DNA of 64,000 bases from Phyllosticta citribraziliensis (lineage: Eukaryota), in contig NW_027117338.1 in the NCBI RefSeq assembly GCF_038025025.1, forward strand, positions 1,178,001 to 1,242,000. Reading direction: 5' to 3'. The number at the start of each line of letters is the position of its first letter. Positions within the stretch are counted from its first letter, which is position 1. The translations under genes and the position numbers were made by a program. A model generated the notes under the pieces. That model was not told the DNA's origin. It made no database searches and worked only from the letters and a program-made list of their open reading frames with translations. Shown one piece after another: positions 11,554 to 23,458 of the stretch.

Positions 11554-13323
11554 ATGACCGCCGTTCCAGATGCCGATCCGTCCACGGACAAGAGGCGTAT
11601 TAGGAAGAGAACGGGGACGACCAGAGAGCGCACCGGATGTGTCACCTGTCGTCGTCGGTGCGTGCTTGCTTAGCTGTCTGCGTCACAGTCTTCCAAATTT
11701 GGCTGACTCCATGCGCAGGAAGAAAAAGTGCGATGGTGGTTATCCCATTTGTGACCATTGCCGACGTCTCAACTTTGAGTGCGTCCGCGAGGAGCCTCGA
11801 CAAACAGGTAGCCCGGCTGTGCCTTGTGCTACGGGTAGCTTGATCAAGCACAGCGACAAGACTATTTTGCCCACTTCTTCCTCCACCATCTTGACTCTGC
11901 CTGCAGGCAATTGGGCAGCTCCAATCCTTTCACTAGACCCTGTGGCGGCATGGCCTGGCACAGCCGGTGACAGCACTCCGGCAACGAACCGAAGAGTCTT
12001 GTTGCGCTACTATCTTCAGACCTTGTCCACCCTTCTTACCAGTACTCTTGAAAACAATTGCTTTGCTTCTGGTAGAAAGCTATACAAGCCGCTGGCGTTG
12101 TACCTCGCTAACGAATGACAGTCTTCTTTCCCATGGCCACAGAGTCACAGCTGTTGCTCAACGCCATCATCGCCCACTCTTCATCGCATCTGTCAATGCG
12201 CGACAAATCCTATGAGATTCTCGCATTGCAGAGTCGATGCACTGCGCTTAACTCACTATCGACCTCTTTGGCCTCCCCAAACCGCGATTCCGAACTGGAC
12301 CTATCCTGCTGTCTGGTCCTATGTTCCATGGAATCAGTCATCGGTGACACATCAAAGTGGTACCAGCATCTTCTTGGCGCTTCCCAGATCATGCGCTCCA
12401 GCTCGACATCTCCATTCGGCCAAGACCAGATCAACGCCCAGGACTTAGGCGCGGCTTTCAATACCTTTGAGGGACGCTGGCTGAAGCGCAACTTTGCTTA
12501 CCATGATGTTCTGGCGGCTGTGGCTCTGAACTGCCGGCCTCTGATTCCCGGGTATTACTGGAAAGGAGACACCGACGACGTCGTCGACACTTATTTTGGA
12601 CTGGGTTCCAAGCTCATTTATTTGATCTCCGAGATTAGCGTCCTCAATGCCGACATGATGGATTCGACCGCCTCAGTCACCTGTACTCCCACTCCCAAGT
12701 CATCTTCTCCAGAGTCTTCCGCCAGCCCGCACTCTCTGGATGAAGTGGACCAAGTGGCTGAACAAATTGCTGAGAACATGGACATCGAGACTGTACCAAG
12801 AGAGGACCACGATTCTTACCATGTATCCAACTCTGATTTCTCAACGCGAGCCTATCTTTTGGAGACGGAACTGCAGGAATGGACTCCACCAGATTGTCAG
12901 GATATTCACCTCGTTGCCATGGCCGAAGCGTACCGGAACGCCGCTCTCATTCATCTCTACCGTGTTCTCCGGCAACATTTGCCTGACCTGACGCCGACGC
13001 TCGATCGGAAGATTGAGACACCAGTAAAAGCGATTATCGAAAACGTCGAAAAAATGCCGATCCGCTGTCTGCCAGAAACGACCATTCTCTTTCCTCTCTT
13101 CATGGCCGGTGGAGAAACGGACAACGCCGAATACATCCGCGCCATTCGCCAACGGCTACAGGACGTCCTGCACTACCGTCACTTTCACAATGTCGAAGTA
13201 TCACTTGCCGTACTGGACGAGCTATGGCGCTTGCGCTCGGGTGCAAAGTTCAGCGCGGGACAGAAGAGGATCGACTGGTTGGATGTTCTCGCGCGGAGGA
13301 AATGGAAACTATCTTTGACTTGA
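11554..13323 (+). CDS. Zn(II)2Cys6 transcription factor with C-terminal fungal-specific TF domain, exons 11554-11657, 11719-12071, 12122-13323; 552 aa
   Basis: Spliced cluster RTGCVTCRRRKKKCDGGYPICDHCRRLNFEC. The C-terminal region has WYQHLLGA, AYHDVLA, AEAYRNAALIHLY, LFPLFMAG and DWLDVL. Confidence 0.9.
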
Positions 13324-14709
13324 CTCAATTGGACTCAAGTCGACATGAACTTTCGTGTAAAAAGTTGATTGTGTTTTTCGATTGGCGTTGACAATGAGGT
13401 CTCGGTCGGTCAATCGTAATGGGAATACCACCGCGCTGTTTCATTTGGAGCAATTGGTGTTCTGGCGGCGGCGGTGGCGGTTGCGAGGTTTGTTCCATGG
13501 GCGATTGCAAATCTGTTAGGTAAGACAAGATGATTACTCTGGTCTCTGATTGATTTCGCTAGCTTTCACTCAGAACGACGGTATTGAATGGTTGTGAATC
13601 GTTCAAGGTTCCGTGTCTCAAATGCCCGCGACAGTCGAAACCACGTGTTTCGTGGCCATTCGATTCCTGCGGATTACATACACGACAATTCAAGAAGCAC
13701 GCGGAGACTTGATTTAATGAAGCCGCCGCCTACAAACAACTCGACTCCCATCTGGACAGGAAGCAGCATTCGTCATTCGCTATGACGCCCGCGCCAATGT
13801 GAACTGCGACACAGTCTCAGAATCCAGCAAGCCCAATCAACGCCTAAATACAGTGCCAGGCTTCTCCCAAGGAAAACCAGCATCGATGCTGCCAAAAAAT
13901 GCAGGCGTGCAGATCTGTCGTGCGATAAAATACCAATCTGGCAGAACAGCGGGGGAAAAGGGCCGCAATTCTGGAGAAGAGACGGTGGTCCGGATGCCTG
14001 AACAGATGCACATTCGATTCTGATGCCCCTCTTGCACAGGCACAGCAAACAGTTTGTGGCAGAGGAAGCGGAAACTGGAACCGAGAGACGCGATCCCCAG
14101 CAAAACACACGGAAGATCGAATCGCGAAAGGCTGTCGCAAAGTCTTCGACTTTTTGACAGCCGAACTTCAAGAGCCTTCTGTTGGGTTGCACCCGAAACT
14201 GCAACATACTTCAGATGCCGTAAAGCAGTGGAAGCATTCGACAGGCGCGCTCCGATTCTCCCGTATCCTCCAAACGGTTTCGAAACCCCATTTTGGCATC
14301 GCGTCGGTCGATTGTGGCGGAAGGGTGTCCAGTGGGCAGATTTTTTGGAGGGTAGAGAAAACCGCTCTTCAAATGCCCAGGCAAGGGTGCACTCGATGCT
14401 CCTGGCAACTCCAATGGGTGTGTGGAGCTTCCGGGCAGAGTGACTCGGAAGCTCTCAGAATCACCAGGACAAGCCCGATGCCTCGCGGAGTAGTGGCGAA
14501 AGCGGCCTTTAAGCCGCACTAAAGCATGTATCAGTACGCCAGCTCGATCGAGTGGTAGCGTAGCCACTTGGATGTAGAGGTACCAACCTGCATGTCAACA
14601 AGAGCCCAGAGCAGCACCAACCACCGAGGTCTGACATGACCTTTCCGGTCCAGTCGCCGGTCCAGTCGGAGCCCTCACGTTTTCAAAGGTGCTCTCGCAC
14701 CAATTCTCC

Positions 14710-15021
14710 TCACGGCAGGCGTCGTTTCGGCATGATGAGCTCCCACGCACACCACATCAGCAGCGCGATGACAATGACGAAGAGACATGAGCAGATAAGC
14801 ATCTGCAGACCAAGGCGGATGTTCGCTGCCAATCGGCTTCTTGGCGTGGACAAAGGCTCCGCGTACACAAAATGTTCCACCTCGGGATCCATCGGGCTTT
14901 GGGCTCGCAGTGGTGGCTTGCCGGTGTCGAGTCGCAGCCGGAACGGCCTTGGCGAGAGCGGTCCTGTGGGGCTCATGGCTGGCGATGCGGTCGGAGAGAA
15001 GACGTCTTTGTGGAATGACAT
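14710..15021 (-). CDS. Small hypothetical tail-anchored membrane protein, 103 aa
   Basis: MSFHKDVFSPTASPAMSP... is an SP/TP-rich N-terminus, followed by the hydrophobic LGLQMLICSCLFVIVIALLMWCAWELIM and basic PKRRLP*. No homolog recognised. Confidence 0.45.
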   Translation of the reverse strand: MSFHKDVFSPTASPAMSPTGPLSPRPFRLRLDTGKPPLRAQSPMDPEVEHFVYAEPLSTPRSRLAANIRLGLQMLICSCLFVIVIALLMWCAWELIMPKRRLP

Positions 15022-18000
15022 CGTGTTGCGGTCGAGGATTCGCACGGTGATGGAGCGAGTTGATAGATCGGGACAACTGTGACAACGACTCTTTTGAAGG
15101 CGGTTGTTGGGCGGAAGAGGGAAAGAGACGAATGGCACATGATCGGTATGTCCACCACGCAGTTCTAAGTACTTGGCTGATCCGCGTGTTAAGGTTTCAG
15201 GGAGAGTGGTCCACGGTTTGTTTCACACAGCTATTGAAACTGCATCCCTACCTGCCGTTCGTGTGGTTTGCGCTGCCACTTAACTATCCCACCAGGACCT
15301 TCCCTGGCCGGCGGAGGGCACTACTGCAGCTACTTTCTGCCAAGCCTATTCTCTCTACTCCTGAACATGCTAGCAGCGCTTTCAACCTGTCGTGCGACTG
15401 CAGTTCAAACGGTCAGATTTTCATATTTAGCAAACGGCTTACGCAGCTGCGTCTGCACCGAGGCACAAGAGAGACAAGACGGACGTGGAAGTGTGCTGGC
15501 CAAGCGTGCGTAATATGTGGTTTGACTGGTGCAACCTTCACAGCAAATAGCCCAATCGGCGGCCCACGGCGTCAGCCATGTTTGCTCTTACTGATTGGAA
15601 CAACCTTTTTCGCGCGCCTCGCGAGCAAATCAACGCTGTACCTCTCGCGCCACTGAGTCTTGTCAACAGCTGCTGCGCCTTGTCCAGCTTGGGCGCCGCC
15701 GGCCGAGCTTGCTTGGGTATTAAGGTTGGGATGACGGGTGTAAGCGACAGAATGCACGGGTCGACATCAGATATCGCAGTGCATCGCACTCACTCACGGC
15801 CGTTGCTATTTTGGGGTCTGAACATCATGGCTATCTCCACGTCTTATAAAGCTGCAACACTTACGACCTGCAGCTCACGAGCCTCCAACATGGTTCTGCA
15901 GCAGCCTTGTCAACCTTATCTGAGGTCGCCGTGGAGTTGGGGACAGATTTCGCATGTACGTTCCTGTACGATCCCGTCAGGAGGTGACCCCTTAGTGCGG
16001 AGCGTCCCGAGTTTGAGAGAAAGAGATGCGGCTTCTAGCCGCATCGAGTCCGGCGACAGTTGCCGCACGAGACTCGCGCTATCCTTGTCGAAGGTGGTCG
16101 AATCCTGGCTCTTTTAATGACGTTTACACGAGAGCATACGAATTGTTTTATTGCTGTTGAGTGATCACAGCTCTACCATTTCCCCTTTGGGCTTGGCGGT
16201 TTGTCATTCCTCATCGTCAAAAGCGCCGATAAATTCAATTTCCGTCTGTGGAGAGTTTGGATAGAGCACAGATAGAAAAGTCCATCAGGACCAAAGCTGA
16301 AGGAGCTCTCTAAGCACATGCGTATGCGAAAAGAACGACCCAAAAGCTTAGATCAGGGCGCTGTGTCACTCACTGATCGTGCGAGAATACGGACGAGAAA
16401 ACCCGCCCTCGTCTGCTTCCATCTCGGAGCACCTCGTAGGAGACCTTAAAACCAGCTGAATCTATTGGAGCTCAAGGAGCATTCATTCCCGAAACAATAC
16501 GGATGTGACGAAACGACAATCCTGCATCTACACAAAGGTTGTCACTACTTCAAGGCCATGGCCTTTATCTGTAAGGACTCACCGGAATATTCTCTTTGAT
16601 TGCAAATTAGATTAGGGGAGAGCGTTGAGAATCAAGAGGGAGTCTTCTGCTTTTCTAGACCCTTGCCTGGCTGATCCTCTGCTCCAAGCGCGAATGTTAC
16701 AACATCTTGAGCGCAGCGAATAGTCATACTCTCGAACACACTTTCGACCCTGTGGACCCTCGGCCAGCATTTTCAACTCACATGCAGCGACAAGAGCATT
16801 TTTCGATGACATCCGTTCCGAGCTAGCTTTTGTTGTAGTCGAACACCGCCGAAGTGTCTAAGCGCGCAAGGGGGGTTTTCAACCCAGCAAGAGCCGAACG
16901 CGAACGAAATCCGAGGAGAATTCCAAGCGTAGAATCATGGTGCGCGAACGGAAGTTGCTCCGCAATCTTTCCATGTCACATTTCGAGGAATCTGCGCAGT
17001 CAAGTGTAAAGGAGAAGACGCCGTCGTTCAATGCTCTGCCCTCTGCATACCACGCCTCGAGTTCAGGTTAAGAGGCCACGAAACTCGACTCCAGTTGTCG
17101 CATGGACACAGATGGACCAATCTCATTCCCATGCATCAATGAAACCTGAATACTCGCCTCTTCTGCGCATCAAATCAGTCAGTCCTTTAAGGTGTGAAGT
17201 CTTCCTTTCCGGCAATCAACTTTTTCCTTAAATGTAATCTCCTGACTGTGCTCCAAAGAGCTGTCAGCAGTGAGCTATGTTTGAACTTCTCCGGAGAGAA
17301 ATCACTTTATCAAAGAGCGCACTTTTGGGCGCAGCTCTTCAGAACTGCCAGCTCATTAGATCCTGGACGTTACAGTCTTGCCAAGATGATTTGAGCTTAC
17401 AACGCTGTCCACCGCATTGCCAACCTTGAACCATGTCTTGAGCCTCAAGCGCCCTTTGAGCACATTGATCATCCACATTTCATGACCTACAGACGGTCTC
17501 AATGACTACGGGTGAAACAGTTTCGGCTTACGGTGGAAATGGATGAGCAGACGACCGACGGATGAGCGGACCAAAGAAACCTTGACAAACGGACCGTCAC
17601 GCCTGCACGAGGGATCCTTTTCATCGCCTCTGACGAGTGTGCAGGGTGGGTGCAAATGATGACACCACCACGCTTATTGTCGACACAACACGATGGACGG
17701 TACGGTTCGGTTCAGCCCGCCAGCGGTAACGAGCCTGCCGCAGTTGACAGCCAGCTGAAGCTGAAACCGCAGAACTGCTCGCGTGCCCGCTGCTAAACAC
17801 GGTTCGGGTGAACAACCAATGCGCCTCGCTTCGCCTCGTTCGCCCTCCCGCTCACGGCGATACGTACCCGTCACCATTTAAGTACCCGCAGCAAGCATAA
17901 CGCGCCGCCGCCCTGCCCAAGCACGCCCTACTGAGGCTGCTTTGACTGCCCCGACAAGGCTCATGACGGGGGCCCAAGGATGCAGCGCCGGGCGCGCGGC

Positions 18001-21000
18001 CGAGCGGGCACACACTGCACGTTGCTGCACTGCCCGCCCGTACCAGGACACAGGGAAAGTGGACGAGTAGACCGACAGGCATTGCTGGGCCGGAAGTGGA
18101 AAATAGGCATGCCATTTCCACCATCCCCATCTTTCTGTCCATGATGCTCCATTCCCGCCGGCGGTCCACATCCCTGTCCATCATTCACCTGCGGTCCAAC
18201 CCCACCATCCATCTCCACAGCCAAGCCAATTCAGGCCCAGGAGTCTAAAATGTCGCGTCGACGCGTGACGACGGCCCTGCTGGCGTGATGGAGGTTGGCA
18301 TTGAAACAATCGACAGTGTCAAGCCGACTGCTGAAGATCCATGGCGGCAGTGGAACGCCCTTCCGCGAAAATCAAACGCATGGGGAGATGATGTTGATGA
18401 GCGCACGCACCCCTGCCGGATGCTCCTCACCCCCTGCACCAGAGACATTGATGTCATGAAATTTCCCCTACACCACACACTTCACTCGATTACCCCTCCA
18501 TCCACGCCATTCCTAGACGGCGAACCCCAGTCTCCACGTCGTCCGCGCGCACCGCCGCCGTTGCGATCAACCATGTGCACAGCGATTGCAAGCGCGCACC
18601 TCCAAAGCATGCAAAAAAGAACTGTGGACCGGCGGACGACGAGGCGACGCCGGGCCGGTCTCCCCATGGGAGCCGGGCAGGCAGGGCGTCATGCACATGC
18701 GCGACGACGAGCAGGCTAGGCGGGCGCATGCAGGTAGGCGTGCGTGCCTGCGTGCCTTGTGCGACAGGTGGTTGTTTGGTAGTTTTTCTCCCACCCCTGT
18801 CCAGTCCAGGCGCCGTGGCAAACGGTTGGCAAAGGGCACGGCATTGGCATGGCGAAGCATGGCAGGGCAAACAGACGAGAAGGAGAGCAAAGCAGCGCGA
18901 CGGGTGGGTGGACAAGGTATGCGGCTGATGCCGCTGCTGAGGCGACACACACGGAAATAGGACACGGCGAGGTCAAGTCGTGTGAGGTCATGCCACGGTA
19001 GGTACCTGGCAGCGGTGATTGATAGAGGCAAAAATCAGAACGTGCAGCCATGACTGAGAAAGCAGAGCGACATAGTTTGTGCACCTCCGCTAGCCTCTCG
19101 TTTTGCTGAATCTTCCCACCCAGCTTTCCTGGCCAATGCATGATCGAGCTGTGCAACTATCTTCCTTGACCATGCACTTCCCCCCATGTAAAGCCGTCGG
19201 TCCGTCCGTCCGCACTTGCATGGAAAATTGAACCCACGATATGTATAGACGTAATGCCACCAGCTACTCGTCACACGCAGGACTACCCAACTACCCACGT
19301 ACATCTCTCACAAGAGGTCCCTGAAAGACTCGATGATTCCTGTATGAGCTTGACAGAAGGTCGCCAATCCTACCGCCCAAACGCCCGAATGGAAAAAAAT
19401 CACGGCAACCTACCCAGGGTTTACAGTTAGATCAACATTTAGACCAGAGCAAAAATCCACGCGCTCACGCGCCCACGCACGCCCAACGGTGCCCAGAGTG
19501 TGTATCACGACAGACGTGCAAGACAATCACTCTCCCACTGCCCTGCTTGCTGCTGCCTACCACTAGAAACGCGCTACCAACGCGACAGACGCCTCACCCG
19601 GAGCCGGAGGGCCGTGGAACAGGCTTCCCGAAACACACGGCGGTGCCCCCCTAGAAAGCTGCTCGAAGCCTTCTCGTGAGTCTGGCAGCGGTCTAGGGTA
19701 GCCGTTGGCTAGCGGCGGCGCTGGCTGGGTGCGCAACGGCGCGGGAACCCGGTGCGAGTCCAGATTCGAGTCCTAGTAGTGCCCAGAGACACATTCAGGC
19801 ATGCAGGCAGGCAGGCAGGCAAGCACCGACAAAGGGCGACATGTTGCGAGTGTACATGGTGGAGCGAGCGAGCGACCCCTGCCTGCCTGCCTGCCTTGGC
19901 CATCTGCGTGCCCGGGTTTGCCTTGGCTTTCCTTCTCAACTCGACTCGACTGACTTCACAGCCGACCGTCGAGAGTCAGGCAATCAGTATGTCGGCCAGA
20001 CCATTTGTCTTTTGCACTACGGCAGGCGCGTCGGCGCAAGCGTCGCGTCGCGTCGCGTCTTGCCTTGATAGACTCATTATGCATTTCTGGTTGGGTAGAT
20101 ATACGCCACTTCAAGAATAGCCATCTTCTCCCGCAACAGACTGACGCTGGCCGGTCCATCCAAGCACAAGAAAAGAATGGGGGGAAAAGTTTGAGAAAAA
20201 GGGGTAAAAAGTTTGTGCGGTCGCCATGTCATATGTCATGACCTCAGCCCAACCACATGCAACGGATGAGAAACCACACCAAGCCCAGAAAACCATCACG
20301 ACAAACGACGTGAAACATTCAAAGCCAGACGCGTGCTTTGTTGTCGCTGGAGAGCGCGTCGCGTTAGATGAAGCTTTCCTCTTGATTTTTCTTCATGCAG
20401 GAGCTGGTTGGTCCGTCATTGGGCACAAATTTGAGAGGACCAAGCTTTGTGTGACAGCTTTCGATTTTTTTGTGCTTTTCTTGCATCTGAGCTAGCTAGG
20501 TACCCATGTTGCTACTGCTGTAGATGGGCAGATGATAGCTTCGCATCTTTGTGCGTGGGTGGGTGATGCGGTGGTAGTAGAGGTAGCTTGTGATGATGAC
20601 GAGTATCGCTAAGGGGAAAAGAAAAGTCCCTCCTCCCATTCCATTCAGTGTGTACCAAACTGTCTGTGTGCATGTATAAAGAAAAAGAATAAAACAAAAA
20701 AAGATTCCCATGGGTGGTGATGGGGGTGCTGTCACAATCTCGTAGTAAAGGGTAGTGGTGCTGGTGCTGTCCCACGAGGATAAACACACAAAACAAGACA
20801 AAATAGCCACATGCTTTTCCCAAGGACCTTGCGAGCAATTGATCTTCTTCCTCTCCCCAACGGTACAGATCCTGGTCAACCATTGTGCATGTGGTGTGGC
20901 AGCATGAGGCGGCAGGGAGGAAAGACAAAAGGAAAAAACGGAAAACAAAATGGTCGACTTAACAAGAAGGGTATCTCTACGCCCACCGACGATGGGGAGG

Positions 21001-21519
21001 ATTGCGATCAATCAGTTTTGGCTCTTATACAAAAGAAACAGCGGGGAACAAAAAAGGACATCGACGAGCTCCGTCTCTTTTGCAAATTCAGGCGACTCTC
21101 GGTTCGGCTTTTCATAATCCCAATGTCGACGATAACGAGTCCCCAAGTTCAAACCATCCACAGCGGGTCCAAGACTACAGGCAGTCAGGGACCAATCGGA
21201 TTGACAGTTGAACAGTTGCCCTTCTGGACAGTTTCGGATCCTGGCTCACTCCACGGTCCAGGCCCTCCCAGCATCACGGCTCTGTGTTGGCGGTCTTACT
21301 ACATAGTGAAAAAAGGGAAATGCGGAGAGAAAAGAAAGGGGGGATGTGCTCAAATTTGGTCGCTAAAATCAAATGACGCTCTCGATGCAGGTGGTAGAAA
21401 GCAACGCTATGACGCTCGTACAGCATGTTTGATACAAGAAGAGAATCTGCGAGAAATTTGCTAGCCATGGACGGCTTTCGACTTGAATCCACTGTGCCAT
21501 TCACCTTGTCACGCAGCAT

Positions 21520-22838
21520 CTAAATGCCAGTGCCGGTAGCCGAGCGCGGCTGGAGGAACTGCTGTTGCTGGTAGCTAAATTGCTGCGTGCTCGGCTGTTG
21601 CTGATAGCTGAATTGCTGCGCATTCTGCTGTTGAGGTTGTTGGGGCGCCGAGGTGGGAGTGACCGGGTAGAGCCTCGGCAATACTACTCCTTTGCCGTTG
21701 CCGTTTCCAAACTCGTTGTCAGGGGTGATGGGTGGGGTGAGGCATCCATGCTGCATGACGGCGTCATAATGGTTCTTTTGTGGTGTGGAGGGGAAGTTGT
21801 CGCTGTCGGCCTTTTGGTTCTCAAGAACGGGGGTCGGGGGCGTGATGTTGCGACGGGCAATTTGTGCCTGACGCTGGAGGAACTCCTCGACGGTGGTGGA
21901 GACGCACGACAAATGTACAGAGGCGTACTTCCTGGAAAGAACCTGCGAGGGCTGGTAGAGGTGGTTGGACAGGTTAAGCACAACGACGGAGTCGTATGAG
22001 CTGGCCCAGTCCGATTGGCGAGCCTGCGAGCGACTGAGGACACACCTGGCAAGAGCCAAGGCTGACCGGGCGAGGATCGAGGGGCGGATCGAAACAAACT
22101 CCTTGTGGAAGAGGGCAATCTCGCAAATGTACCAAGTCATGTGCTCGACCTCGGCGTCGTACTGGTTCTCGTTCAGAGCAATCTGGAGAAAAGAGTCGAC
22201 GGTGGGGTGGCCAATGACCCAGTTCAACGTCTGGAGGACGTGCCATTCCATCTGGGTGAACATTTCGTCGTCGTAAAGCGAACAGCACATTGACTTGAGT
22301 TCTCTCACAGTGGGAACACGCTCCTTGCGGTCGCCATACTTTGCAGCAATGAGGAGAGCGGCGCAGCCGACAAGTTGGTAGTGGCGCTTGTAGACTACAC
22401 GGCGCGAGCAGTAGCGATCCAAAAGGTTTACAGCCAGGAACAAGGTCTCGGGGAGGAGCTGAAAAGCAGCGTGGGCTTCGACGAGGAAGTCGAGGAGGTA
22501 GGGCCTCATGAACCACTGGATCTCGGTTTGAATGTCGATCGAATTGACGTCGGGCATCGTGTCGGCCTGCAATGGGATGAATTGTTAGCCAACTGCACTC
22601 GCTCATGGGGAGCGAGACGATATACCTCCATGCGTTCCATGTGGTCCAAAATGTCCTCTTGGTATTCCTCGGCCGTCATCTTTGAAAGCTCTTCCGCCAA
22701 GGCCCGCTGTTGCATCCTGGCCATCGCACGAGCACGTTCCCTTTGCTCTTGCCTCAATGCGTAAAGACCCTCATCCTCCATCTCCACAAAGTAGCTGTCG
22801 CAGTTTCCGTACCGTTGTTGCTGGGGTTGGTACGCCAT
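21520..22838 (-). CDS. G1/S-specific cyclin (Cln/Puc1-like), exons 22838-22626 and 22566-21520; 419 aa
   Basis: EYQEDILDHM, cyclin box IQWFMRPYLLDFLVEAH...ETLFLAVNLLDRY...YQLVGCAALLIAAKY...MEWHVLQTLNW, and a TP-rich/Gln-rich PEST-like C-terminus. Confidence 0.93.
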
Positions 22839-23442
22839 TGTTGCTGAAGTATCGAGTTTGCTGTCGAGGTTGGTTGAAGGAATGGATGTCTGTTCTCCTG
22901 GAAGACGAAAGGTGTGAAAAGGGAAAGTTGGACTGCTGTCAGAGAGTGACTACCGTTGAAGTGGCGTGAGAGAGTGAAATTAGTTGGTGGAGAGGCGGAG
23001 AGACCCAAAGTCCGTGCGGGGTGTTGGCAGACGGAGATGGGGCGTCTTCACACGACGCCTGCTGTAACGGGAACAAGTTAGTTAAGCGAGAAATTATGTA
23101 AAGTGAAGGGAGTGACATCCGCACCTCTTGGATTAAAGTATTAGAATGAGTGAAGAGTAAATACTGCTGAAAGAAATGAAGACGCGATGTCGAAAGGCCG
23201 AGGAAGGATGATGCCCCTTGCAAGTAGCATTCAGTTGCCGGAATGACTAGGCGATCGATCTTTGTCTTTGAAAGGGCCAAGCTCGCCACAGGGGGGATGG
23301 TTTTCAGGAGGCAGAGCACGAATTAACGAGTCCGCCGAAGGGTGGAGATCTGGGTCGCTCGTCAAGGAGTCTGGGGAATGTGGGAAATTCCCGTTGAGCC
23401 ACGAGTTCTGAGCTAGTGAGATACATCATTCAGCTTGTGATA

Positions 23443-23458
23443 TTTTTTTTTTTTTTTT
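23443..23458 (+). repeat. T16 homopolymer (A16 on the cyclin-sense strand)
   Basis: 16 consecutive T, seen directly. Confidence 0.9.
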
